DNA from: Fonticula-like sp. SCN 57-25
Lineage: Eukaryota
Reading direction: 5' to 3'
Assembly: GCA_001724245.1 (NCBI GenBank)
Contig: MEDX01000014.1
Location: forward strand, 1 to 49,728
DNA: 49,728 bases
The notes beneath the pieces were generated by a model. It made no database searches, had not been told where the DNA came from, and saw only the letters and a program-made list of their open reading frames with translations. A program made the translations under genes and the position numbers. Of the stretch, positions 26,612 to 40,205 are shown piece by piece (the first letter of the stretch is position 1; each line of letters starts with the position of its first letter).

Positions 26612-28157
26612 TTATATCTGGACGACCGGGCCGTCGTACGGCTTGCGTTCCACCTTGAACTGCCTAGGGTCCGCGGCCTTGTCGCGTCGCTCAATATTGT
26701 CATATGCGCTTCCAAAGCACGAACGCGGGACAAACTTTCCGCTCCCTGGAACGGTGGTCAGCACGCCGTTTTCGTAGACGACGCGGCCCCTCGAGATGGT
26801 GACGGCCGCGACGCCGGTCACCTGCATGCCCTCAACTGCGCCCGCCACACATTAGCAACTTGAAAGTAAGATATTCGTTTGGCCACGCACAAATGTTGTA
26901 GTCAATGTTGTGGTGGTGCGTCTTTGCCGAGATGGTCCGCTTGGCCGCCGGGTCCCACACGACAATGTCGGCGTCGCTTCCCTGCTCGATTCTGCCCTTC
27001 CTAGGGTAGAGCCCAAAGATCTTTGCCGCGGCGGTGCTTGTGACCCTTACAAAGTCGGTCGGCGCGAGCATGCCTGTTTCGACGCCCTTTGTCCAGACGA
27101 TGGCCATGCGGTCCTCGATGCCGTTGACGCCGTTCGGGATCTTTGTAAAGTCGTCCTTGCCGAGCGCCTTTTGGTCGGCGTTGAACGTGCAGTTGTCGGT
27201 CGCAACTGTCGCAAGGTCTCCAACGGCAAGCAAACGCATGAGGTGCTCCTTGGTGGTTGGGTCTGAGCGCAGCGGCGGCGACATGACATACGCCGCGGCC
27301 GCGCGCCAGTCGGCGTTGCAGGCGTGCGAGCCGTCGACCGCGAGGCCCGCCGCAAGCGCCTCTCCAAAGCACTGACGACCCGCGCGGCGCGCGCGGACAA
27401 GCGCATCAGCAGCGCCCTTGCTCATGACGTGAACAATGTACGCCGGCGCGCGAACCTGGTGCGCGATCGTGATGGCGCGCTCGGTCGCCTCGGCCTCGAT
27501 CTCCTCGGGCCGGCTCAGCTCGTGGCCCTCGGGGCCGTGCACGCCGCAGCGCAGCACGTGCTCTTGGCCGGCGGCCACCAGGTCCCCGTTCTCAGCGTGC
27601 ACCATGCCAATGGCGCCAAGCTCGCGGCACCGCGCAAAGCACCTGTACAGCTCAGCGTCGGTAACCATCATCGAGTCCTTGTAGGCCATAAACATCTTGA
27701 ACGACGACACGCCGCGCTCGCCGCAGAGGATCCCCATCTCGGACGAAATGCGCTCGCTCCAGCTCGTCACGGCAACGTGAAGGGCATAGTCGCAGTTGAC
27801 CTTGGGGTCCGCCCACGACCGCCAGCGATCGTACGCGTCGACGAGGCTCTCGGAGCGCGAGGACGGGATCACAAAGTCAATGACGCACGTCGTGCCGCCG
27901 GCCACCGCAGCGCGAGTGCCATGATCAAAGTCGTCGCGGGAAACCGTTCCCATGAACGGAAGCTGAAGGTGCGTGTGCGGGTCGATCCCGCCGGGGATCA
28001 CATACTTGCCCGCCGCATCAATCACGCGCACACCCGCAGGAACGACGAGATCGAGCCCAACCGAGTGCACCTTGCCGTCAACGACAAGAACGTCTGCGCG
28101 CCACTGGCGGTCGTCATTCACAACAATGCCATTCACAATGTGAAGCGCTTGCGCCAT
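26612..28157 (-). CDS. DPYS: Dihydropyrimidinase
   Basis: [63 protein letters not shown]; one intron 26890-26836 (YNI|FEGM). Confidence 0.97.
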
Positions 28158-28411
28158 CAGATCGTTTTTTGATACCGCAATAGGGCAGGGGTTGGGCAGG
28201 GGAAAACAATGAGGGGGTGGAATCTGCCGCTGATTTTTCAATGTTGGAATGTGGCAATCGTGCATGGTCCATGACGCCCCAATCCCATACTCTATCCCTA
28301 TTGCATGTCCGTATCCATACTGTTTGCGGTAAAATATCACAGTGGTTATTGCCTCTTTGACACAACAAATTACAAACTCTCCTTGCGCCTCCTCAAATCT
28401 GATTTCATCGT

Positions 28412-30311
28412 CTAATTCTTGGCGCTCAGCTCAGCGACCCTGTCCTCTGCCTGCTTGGCCTTGGCGAGGGCGGCCGCGACGTCGGCATTCGGCGCGGCGG
28501 CGCCGCCCTTGACCGGGCTCTTGGCGCTACCCGCAGCGCTCTTTTTACTCTTGGCAATCAAGGGGAGGAGCGCGGCCTCGGCCTCGGCAAGCGCCTGGAT
28601 CGCAGAGTTGGCCGCATTCGCGCCGGGCAGCGACGGCTCGGCGACAATAGACTTAACCTGCGCAATGAGATCGGTGGCGGCAGCGTCATCGGCAGAGATA
28701 GAGTCGGCGTTGCAGAGGGACATGAACTCGCCGTGAAGGCGGAGCGCCCTGAGCAGAAGAGCCTGGCGCTCGCGAACAACATTCTGCAAATGCAAGTTAG
28801 CAAGCGGCAATAAAGCGCAGAATGTCCGTACCTTGGCGAGCGCAAAGTCGAGGCGCACGTAGATCATGCTGATGGCAAATGAGCAGAAGCAGAATGCAAA
28901 GAGAAGGAACGGCTCGAGGAGGAGCGAGACGGTGGCGAGCCTGTACGTGACCTGGACGAGCACGTCATGCTCGTTGACAAGGTTTGTCCTCTCACCGAAA
29001 AAGACGACGCGCCCGCTAACATCGAGGTACGTCGCGACGCGCTTGATGCCCTCCTTCTCGAGCGGCACGGCCGAGTGGAACTGAACGTTTGTCGCGCCCT
29101 CGGGGAGGATGACCTCGAGCGAGAACTTGTCGATGGCGATGTTGCTGGGCGCGGCGAGCAGCGGGAAGGTGAGGCAGTACTCTCCCTCCGCCGTGATGCC
29201 GAGGAACGACGACAGCGGCGTGTTGTAACCCTGATACCACGCCGTGTGCCACCCGCCAAACACGGGGAAGCGCGGCTGGATGTCAAGCGACGTCGTCTGC
29301 GTGGCCAGGTTGTGGCGCAGGTTGCTCGTGGAGATGTTGCCAATGGCGTCGCGGTAGTACGTGTCCGTCACGTCGAGCGGCAGCACAAACGACATGCGGC
29401 GCATGGCCGGCAGGCTCTCGGCCGCGCCAGAGTACAGGCGCTGCTGGTACTCGAGGCGGCTGAAAGAGTTCTTGAGAGAAGCGCCGGCGTTGAACAGGCG
29501 GTAGTGGTCCTCAACCGCGAGATTGTTGCCCCAGTGCGAAACCTCAACAACGCGGGCAAGCTCCTCGACAACAAGGAGCGCCGGGGCGCTCTCATAGTGC
29601 ACGCGGAGAGGGGACGTCGAGAACGCAGGAACAGACGGGGTCGGGCCGTACGTGATGCGGCCATTGCTCAGCGAGCCGCCCTCAGTGGAAGACTCCAGCT
29701 TGCCAGCTGGAAAAGTGCGTCAATATCACAGATAGGATGCAGCACATCATGCGCGGAGCGCGGCACGTACGGGCAGGCAGCTGAACAATCGTCTTGGTCT
29801 GCACGGTCGCGTACGGCGAGTACAAGTGCATCAGGCCCTCATAGACAAGGCGCTGGCGCTCATCCTGCGCAATGGTGCGGGGGAGCGGGCTCGCGAGGTG
29901 GGTAAAGACCGCCTGCACGGTCGCAGTCGCCGTTTCCGACGGCGCCAGGGGGGTCGGAAGAGTCACAATGAACTCGCGGAAGCCGCTGCGTGCAATCGTC
30001 AGTTAAATCAAACATCGAAAAGAGAGAAAAACGCACTCTTTCGTCGAAGGAGTAGTCGGCTTGGCGACCACATGGGCACCCGCAAACGTGGTGTTCAGCA
30101 GCGCAAGCTCGCCTTCTCCCTGGAGGAAGAACTGAAAGGTCAGGGCAGGGTGCACGCCCTTGTTGGTCACGACAGCCTTCACGGTCTGGCGAGTGGGCGT
30201 GCCCGTGAGATCAATCCCAAATACGACATTGGTGAGCTCAAGCTGAGCGAGCGCAGGGGCTGCACATAGCGCCAAGAGCAGCGCAATGTACGGGAGCAGG
30301 CGTCGCGACAT
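28412..30311 (-). CDS. RPN1: Oligosaccharyltransferase subunit 1 (ribophorin I)
   Basis: Signal peptide [75 protein letters not shown]; several introns. Confidence 0.95.
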
Positions 30312-30647
30312 TTTCCCTCCACCAAACGATGGATGCCGCGACACAAAAAGACAAAAGAATCGCAACTGATTTCGCTGATTCTCTTCTGATTCTCAATGAT
30401 CGCGCAACGCCCCCGTGAAACTCTGGAACAGTTAAGGGCGTTTTGCTCAAACACCACTAAAGTGCAATAGCGCTTGGGACACACACAATGGCACATAGTT
30501 TAGCTTTGATAGATTGGAGCCAACGAAGCTTTTCTGTAATCAACCGCAGATATCCACACTTTCGGTTGCAGCCTAGCATAAATGCATACACCATCATCCT
30601 TCTATTCATAATTCTGTACACAATACAACTCAATAGAATACACAAGC

Positions 30648-31451
30648 TTACGCGGATAGTTCCAATTGACTCTTTTCTTCAAAAATGTTTCTAAATTCGT
30701 CTGCTGCTTTCCTCCACCTGATCACGGCGAGCGCCTGAAGCAGCGCGTCGCTCATGTCGTCCCTCTTTGTCTCCTCCTCAAACGCATTTTTCGCTTCAGG
30801 CGCAAATGAAAGCATGCCCTCCCGCATAGAGTCCGCAATAATAGTGCGCGCACGCACGACCGCGTCCTTTTTCTTTCCTCTTCCCTCCGGCAGCTCAAAG
30901 AGACCGGCAACGCGCTTTGGTTGGACCGAGGCGGCGCGGCCAAGGAACTGCGCGTGCAAGAGAACTTCCAAAAGGCGCAGCTTGATGGCATGCTCAATGA
31001 CAGTCGCGGCGCCCCCGGACCGGTGGCGCTGCGCTTCAATGAGGTAGAGGTCGGCAGCGGGCAGGCGCGCCGCGAGCGCCACACCGACCGCGGCAAACGG
31101 CGCGGGGTGGTACGGCGAAGGGGAGTGCACTTCAATGCGACGCCACTCGCGCACATGGCCAACAGAAGTAAGGTCAAGGTGAGCAAATGCAAAGTTCTTG
31201 AGGCCGAGATCCATCGACACGATCGACCGCACGGGCACGGGACGCAGGTGCCTCAGTTCGCCGTCAAACTGCGAAGGATCAGTGTTGGCGACGCTCGCAA
31301 GACGCAGGGCCATCTCTGCCTTTACACCAGAGGGACTCAAGCCCATGGACGTGCAAAGGCCGCGCAGCTCGGCGCTGCTGCATTTCCGTAGCCTGGCCAA
31401 CCAAAGTGTCAGTGTCACTTGACGATCAACGGCTCGAGCGCACCATGCCAT
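30648..31451 (-). CDS. Mitochondrial cruciform-cutting endonuclease (Ydc2/Cce1): SAP domain plus RuvC-like resolvase
   Basis: SAP-like LRKCSSAELRGLCTSMGLSPSGVKAEMALRL; IVSMDLGLKNFAF, YLIEAQRHRSGG, KRDDMSDALLQA. Confidence 0.85.
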   Translation of the reverse strand: MAWCARAVDRQVTLTLWLARLRKCSSAELRGLCTSMGLSPSGVKAEMALRLASVANTDPSQFDGELRHLRPVPVRSIVSMDLGLKNFAFAHLDLTSVGHVREWRRIEVHSPSPYHPAPFAAVGVALAARLPAADLYLIEAQRHRSGGAATVIEHAIKLRLLEVLLHAQFLGRAASVQPKRVAGLFELPEGRGKKKDAVVRARTIIADSMREGMLSFAPEAKNAFEEETKRDDMSDALLQALAVIRWRKAADEFRNIFEEKSQLELSA

Positions 31452-31717
31452 AACGGTGTGTCATCATTTGGTACTGTGTGTCAGCGTTTATGTGAACGGC
31501 CCGAACCTGGAAGTCTGCTTAAAGTGGCAGCGAAGCACCGAGCACGGTTCTAACCCACAGCATTTATCTCATATACTATTGACAGTCATTTCTCCACATG
31601 TAGGTAATAACATAGTTAATTCATTGAAATACTATAGTACAACAGAAGGAAGCGTCACGCTTCTTAACATTGGTTATAATACTATTCACAAAGACGTTGA
31701 CCCGCCGACTCTTACTA

Positions 31718-33550
31718 TTACTCGTCGTTCATCGCCGCCATCACTGCATTGACAATGGCCGCCAGCGACCTTGAATTCCTCCCCCCGTTGATGGCCGCCT
31801 CTACCTTTGCGGACAGCTCGCCCAGCGCCGGGTCCATGCTGAACGCCGGCGCCACGACGCGCACGGTCGGCGGCACCTCGGGGTACCTCGCCAGCTTCTC
31901 CACGGCAAGGCTGACGCGGCAGATGCTCGTGTCAAAGCAGCACGCAAGCTGCGAGACACCCACGCGGGACACCTGCACGTCTCCCAGCGCCTCCAGCTCG
32001 CGAGCAGCCGCCCCGGGGCCGCGCTGCGCGTCGTCGTCGCCTCCATCGCTCGGCAAAGCCGTCGCCTCGGCGCGCCCGCCGCGCATATACTGCGCAAACT
32101 TGTCGCGGTCGCGCTCTACACAAACACATCAAGTCAGCTGCCTTGTGAGCGTGCACCCGTCGCGCACCAAAGACAAAGAGGTCGTCGGCGGCGTTCCGCT
32201 TGCGCTTGGCCGCGCTCTCGCCGACGCCGCCCATCGCGTCGTACAGCTGGCGCTGCTGGAGCAATGGGGTGAGCGAGCCGTCCAGTAGCAGCGCCGTCAT
32301 CGTCGGGTCTTTGTCTGGAACCGCGTCAGTCTCTTTGCAAGACGGTCAGGTGTACGCACGGCGTTCGAGAGAAGCAAGCGTGTCCTTCCAGGTGCGCGTA
32401 TCCTGCCCAGGGCGTGCAGTAACACCTACCGTCTCTTGCTGCTGTTGCTGCTGCTGCATCGCCTGCCGCGAGGCTGCGGCCTGCTGCTGCGCGGAAATTG
32501 GCGCACTCGCAGCAGCCATGGGCCGCGCCTGCTGGCGTGTGGCGGCCGAAGGAACCGGTTGGGCGGGGCGGGGTAGGCGCGCCTGCGTGGACGCAACACC
32601 CGCGGCCGGCGGCATGCGCTGCGCGCCCGCCGCAACACCAGGTTGGGCCACGTGGATGTTTTGCGACGCGAGGAATTTTGTCATGTAGCTAGCGGGGCGT
32701 CAGCGGCGATGCGGTGCGACAATAGGAAACGAACTCTATCGTGGCGGCAGTCTGCTTCTCAAGGGTGGCAAGCACATTCGCGTTCATTGCCATAGAGGGG
32801 CCGTTGGCGTAGCGGACCTGTGCGCGCGCGGTGAGGGCGAATCATTCATGCAATGCAGCGAGGCGTACGAGATTCTCGTATAATTTGATGTATTTCACAC
32901 CTTCTTCAATGTTGCGGCGCGAAATATGCGGATGAGCTTCAAGTACCAACGGGCGACAACGCGTCACTTCGGCAACAAACGCTGAAAACTGGTTCATGGC
33001 GGGTGAGAATCAGGGGTGTGTTGGTCAAATGACGCACCCGCCGCGCAAGATCGGGATCTGCAATACGCGCCGCCGCCGCCGCCGCACCGCCTGGGGCTGC
33101 AGAGGGCACAACGGGTGCCACTCCTCCCTGCGCTGGCGCGCCTACAGATGCCAAGGCGCCGGCGTTACCGCCTGCAGCCGCAGCCGCAGCCGCAGCCGCC
33201 AGTTTATCGTCTAGACGTTCGCGGGTAAGTACAACAAGTTAATACGCTCGACAAGGCGCACTGTGCGACTTTATCATTTGATAAACGCGGCGCAGAATAT
33301 AGTCCTGATACGCGGCCTTGTTGGTATTAAACTGTCCGAACGCTTGCGACTCGACCGTGTTGGCAATATTGTCGGCCTGCTGGCGCGTCGCGCCTTTCAC
33401 GCTATTCATCAATTGTGTCGCGCTGAAGCAGAAATCACAGATAAGCCATTTGCTCAATAATAAAGCACAGAAGGCGCACATTTGATTAACAATAGTGAGG
33501 CGATCAGTGTCCGTCACCACCTGCACCGCCCCTTGCTTGGTCGGCATCAT
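31718..33550 (-). CDS. Probable Mediator subunit 15 (Gal11/Med15)-like protein
   Basis: N-terminal KIX-like three-helix segment (RLTIVNQI...ANTVESQAFGQFNTNKAAYQDYI), Ala/Gln-rich middle, C-terminal ...LARYPEVPP... domain; multi-exon, exon boundaries approximate. Confidence 0.55.
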
Positions 33551-33648
33551 GATGGCGACGATGTTGAGGATGGTTTGTACAAAATCGGTTTCAAACCTAC
33601 TCTGATTTCTACTTCGGTTCCCACCAAGTTGTTCCTCGACAAAAGACG

Positions 33649-35608
<1,960 letters not shown>

Positions 35609-35928
35609 AACGGCGCCTTGAAAGGAACCCTCGACACACCTCGATTTACATTATCCTTACAGTTTGCATTATGAATATTAATATAGCGAGATCGACAACT
35701 ACCACTACGCAAAAATCTATGCCTTTGTCCAATCAGTAATGGCCACGTGGATTAGCAAGGATTATAGAATCGTCTCACGGATGGATTGAGCGATCGAGAT
35801 CCGTCAATTGGTCATAGTTGAGGGTAGCGGGGTTTGAGTCGATTTTACCAATAACAGGAGCGACTTTCTTTTCCCTCGGGACACGAGGGCGCGGTATTTC
35901 GACTTTGCGCGCACGTCCATGCGGACTG

Positions 35929-38386
35929 ATGAGCGCCAGTCTGAAGCGGCCCCTTGAAGAGGCGCAGGTACCCGCTAATAAGCGGTTAGACTCGAATGAT
36001 GATCCTGTAGAAAAGGTACGGCTCACGATCGGTGGTGGCCGCTTGTCTAACGGCTTTTGTCTCAGATGGAGAAGGACACGCTGGTCCAGCAGCGCGACGC
36101 AATGTCGCGCGCCTTGCGGCTCAAGAATGACGAGCTCCTGTCATGGCAACAGCGCGCCGACGAAGAGGTTAAAAGGAGAAGTGCGCTCGAGCAGCAGATG
36201 GTCAGCATCGAGGTTGCCTGGCTCCAGGTTCGTCTTTCTTTCCCCTCCTTTCTTTGCTGCGTTCCCGATTCGTGTTTCTTTTGATGTCGTTGATTTTCGT
36301 GGTATTCTTTTTTTATTTATCGTTCACTACACTCCGTACCATCCCATTACCCGTGGGGACGTACTTTTTTGTGTGAACAAGAGCACTGAACACTGGACGG
36401 CGCTACTCACCCCTGTCACCTTACATGTGACAATGGGTCTTTGTTGCTGTTACATTCCTTTTCTTTGTCGTTTCATTCGGTTCATTCTGTCTTTATATTT
36501 CTTTTGTTGCACCTTTTTTCTTACGTTCTCTGCGTTTGCAGCTTGCGACGGACGTTGGTTCTGTATTAGCTCGCCTCGAAAGCGCGCCGGTTCTTCCGAG
36601 AGGTACGCTTGCCAACCCCATTTTGGCCGACGCCTCACCTCACACTTTTTTTGTCTTAGCGCTGGACTTGTCGAGGGCACTTCGCGAGCCTGTTAGTCTG
36701 CCGCAGCTGCTCAAGGATCACGCGAGCGCGGTCGTATCGACCGCCAGCAAGCTTGCGTCTCTTCTTGAGCGGGGCAACCCGAGCGACAGCGCTGCGGCCG
36801 CCGAGTCGAATGCGGACGCTGAGCTTCGTCAGCTTCGCGCGCGCCTTGCTGCGGCTGAAGCGTCGTCGCAGCAGGAGCTGGCTCGCAGCGAGTCGCTGCA
36901 GAAGCGCCTTGACGACCAGACTGTCGACCTCGAGATGCGCGCACGCAAGATTATTCGGCTCGAGGGCGAGATTACCGCCGCAGAGGCGCGGGTTTTGGCT
37001 GCGCAAGCCAATGCTGCGGTGGCCCAGCCGACGCCCGCTTCGGCGTCCGCCGCCGCCGCTTCGTCGTCGTCCGCCACCGACCCCACTGCTCCGTCGTGGG
37101 AGGATAGGTTGGAGGACATGCGCGTTGTCGCGGAGGGCCGCCTGGCCGAGCTGAACGCCCTTTCTGAGGACCGTATCAATCTTCAGCGCGAGGTCGACCG
37201 ACTGCGCCACGACCTCCAAGACCCGCCCGAGAGCCTCATTGTGTCCTCTGTCGCGTACCGCCGCCTTGCACAGGCGTGCGAAGAGTTCCGTCACGACGCT
37301 GAGCAGATGCGCGCTGCTGCCATGGCTGCGCGTGCCTCGACTGACGAGATGACTGCGTCGCGCCGCGACTTTACCGCCTCTGTCGTCGCCGCCGAGGCCG
37401 AGCGCCGCAATGCGCTCGAGGCCGAGCTGCGGTCTCTGCAGTCCGAGTCGACGCGTGTGCGCGGCGAGCGTGATACCCTCAAGAGCACGCACGACCAGCT
37501 CGCTGGTCGCGTCACTGGCCTCGAGAACGTTGTGGCCGAGACGCAAAAGCTGCTTGACGCGACGCAGGCCGAGTGCGCGCACCTGCGCAGCGAGGTGAAG
37601 CGCCTTAGCGAGGGCGCTGCGCCGAGCGAGGACGACCTGCTGGCCGAGCTGAGCTCGCTGTCAAAGGCCTTTGAGGACCAGCAGGCGCAGACCAAGAGCC
37701 TCGTGAAGCTGCTTCGCGAGCGCGAGGACGCGGCTTCGCGCGCACACGCCGACAAGGTGAAGGCGACGCAGACGGCCATGACGCTCGTGAAGGAGAAGGA
37801 GGTGGCTTCGCGACGCAGCGCGGCGCTGCAGAAGCAGAGCGTGGCGCAGCAGGAGGCGATCCGCAAGTTTGAGTCGAGCGAGAAGCTGCACCAACAGGAG
37901 CTGTCGGCACTGGAGCGGGTCAATGTGACGCTGAACGCGAGCCTGGAGCAGCACCGCCGCAAGACGGCCGAGGCGCTGCACCAGCTGTCTGAGGTGCAGA
38001 TGGCGGCCGACAAGAATCACGAGCTGCTCAACGAGGCTCAGGCGACGCTGGCCGGCCGGTCGACGGCCGCTGAGCGGGAGGCGTTTGCGCACAGGAGGCT
38101 GCAGGAGGAGGTTGTCTTGATGAAGAAGCGCGTTGCGCAGCTGGACAAGCTCGAGGGCGCCGCGGCCGCAAGCGCTGATAGCATGCTCAAGGACGAGCTC
38201 AACTCGTACAAACAGCTGCTGCGGTGCAGTTCGTGCAAGAACCGCGACAAGGCCGTCGTCATCACTCAGTGCTACCACTGCTTCTGCAAAGAGTGCATCG
38301 ACAAGAGGATTGAGTCAAGGCAGAGAAAGTGCCCCACCTGCGGCGAAAAGTTTGGCGTCAGCGACGTGCACGCGCTTTACCTCTAA
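35929..38386 (+). CDS. BRE1: E3 ubiquitin ligase BRE1 (H2B ubiquitination)
   Basis: Long coiled coil with LLAELSSLSKAFEDQQAQ motif; C-terminal RING CSSCKNRDKAVVITQCYHCFCKECIDKRIESRQRKCPTCG; introns ~36016-36065, ~36228-36541, 36603-36659. Confidence 0.9.
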
Positions 38387-38594
38387 TTGTGGCTTGTTCC
38401 CTTTCCTTTTGCATTTCAGTCCGTGTATTGTTCATAATCTTTTTGTTGCGTCTTTCTTGTGAGTGTGCATGTTTCAAGCGCTGTTGTACGCGCTTTTTTG
38501 TAACAATAGACCCCCTTTTTACCCTTTTCAATACGACCGCCGGCGTCCAATTGCCAGTTGTGCCCTGCGAAAGGCCGTCGGCGCGAGAACAGAA

Positions 38595-38604
38595 GTCACG
38601 TGAC
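38595..38604. promoter_or_regulatory. GTCACGTGAC palindrome (CLEAR-type E-box)
   Basis: Perfect 10-bp palindrome 5 nt upstream of the ATG at 38610. Confidence 0.5.
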
Positions 38605-38609
38605 CAGGT

Positions 38610-39997
38610 ATGTGGGTGGTGCTGGTGGCCGCGCTGGTGATCGCGGCTGCCGGGCAGGAGCAGAGCGGGACTCCGCCTCCCATTGGCGGCGTGAGCGTGG
38701 AGACGTTTTGTGAGAATTCGACTATTGTGCTGGCGCGGTCTCGCCCCGAAATCTTTAATGGCGGCGAGGTTGCCTTTGTGATCAGGTGTGCCTTTTCCCT
38801 GTTCCGCTTGGTCGATCGCTAACCATTGCGGCGCACCAGTACTGCGGGAACCCCTGCGTTCATCATGCTGAGCAGCCTCGGCGAGTACTCATTATCGCTT
38901 CGCGTTCACTGCGATCGCATCGGGTCGAACTACACAGAGGCGCTGGAGCTGTCGCGCTCGTATGCCGGGATGGGCTACGTGTTTGAGGGCATCGTCGAGT
39001 ACATCCCGTCGACAAAGTGGACCGCCTTTGAAGCGTCGTCGCGGACTATTATGGAGCCGCACTACGACCCGGCGACCGTGGCCTTTTCGCAGTTTACCAA
39101 TTTCTCGCATATCGCATGGCGGACAGAGGCGGGCAGCACAGAGGACGGCGACGTGGTCGTCTCGATGATCGGCGCAGAGTACGGCGCCCGCGTGGACCTC
39201 ACGCTAAGCGCGCACGAGAGGAAGCAAGGGCTGCTTGCAGTCACTCCCATGGCGGTCACTGTCAAGTTTGCGTTTGATCAGGCGCTGCTTCGGGTGCGCA
39301 ATTTTTCTCAGTGGCGAAGGGACATTAGACGCCTATTGGTGCCATTCTTGTCCTTTTTCCCTTTTCGCCTACATATTTCTTTTTGCTAAACTCTTTTTTT
39401 TACTAGACGAAGGCGGGCAGCTACTATGCCCCGCAGTTCCTTCAGACCGCCCCTCTGTTGTGGACTGAGCCGTCCTTTAGCGTGCACGAGTCCGTGACGG
39501 ACGACGGCGGCATCGGTCTGTTCCTGTACACTGTCGCATCGTCGCGGATGGACCGCGCTGCTGGCAACGACTCTGCATTTATTGCCTGGCCTAACGTGGC
39601 ATCGTCGGATGCCGGTGACGATGATGGTCGCGGCGACAGGATCGGCGTCTACTTTGATCCCGTGGGCTCTGTCATGTACGACAGGCTTCCTTTCTCGGTC
39701 GTGCGGCTGTTCCTGGGCCAGATCACGGCGTACCACCTGGGGCGCTTCACGGTCGCCCTGCAGCGCGCGCCCTCGGACGGCATCCTCGAGTGGGACCTGG
39801 TGGCGGGAAACGGAGTGGCGACCTTTGACGGCATCCCGCAGTCGACGCTGCTCGCCGGCATTATATGCGGCGGGCTGCCAGTCGTCCTCATGATCATTGG
39901 GGGGCCCATTAGCTGCGTCATGCGCAAGCGAAACGCTCCACGGCACCACAGACACTTTCTCGCATCCCCACACGCACCATCCGTCCAGGAGTACTAG
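38610..39997 (+). CDS. Glycosylated lysosomal membrane protein (GLMP/NCU-G1)-like type I membrane protein
   Basis: Signal peptide MWVVLVAALVIAAAG, N-glycosylation sequons, C-terminal TM LLAGIICGGLPVVLMIIGG; collinear similarity by eye to GLMP (ESVTDD, AFIAWPNVAS, LPFSVVRLFLG, LEWDLVAGNG); introns ~38786-38839 and ~39294-39407. Confidence 0.72.
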
Positions 39998-40040
39998 ATT
40001 CGGCGAACGCATAATAGTACTTTTGTGCGCTCTCAGAGGT

Positions 40041-40112
40041 GCGCGTGTGGTGTAGTGGTTAGCATCTCTGCTTCCCAAGCAGGGGACCTGAGTTCGAATC
40101 TCGGCACGGGCA
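40041..40112 (+). tRNA. tRNA-Gly (anticodon CCC)
   Basis: Cloverleaf: A-box TGGTGTAGTGG, anticodon arm TCTGC-TTCCCAA-GCAGG, T-arm CTGAG-TTCGAAT-CTCGG, discriminator A, downstream oligo-T Pol III terminator; one acceptor-stem mismatch. Confidence 0.9.
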
Positions 40113-40205
40113 TACAATCTTTTTTGTTTTTTTTGTGTACATAATCCCGTATTGCAAGTCATAGTCATATGAATTGTTAGTGAGGTCATCGACGCTATCC
40201 CAACC

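Noticed and set aside
19988-28157. Bacterial contamination or a recent bacterial operon insertion
   Set aside because: Spliceosomal introns, a mitochondrial presequence, mixed gene orientation and eukaryote-type enzyme architectures
28158-28340. N-terminal extension of the DPYS ORF
   Set aside because: AT-richer and not homologous to dihydropyrimidinases; the ATG at 28157 matches the family start
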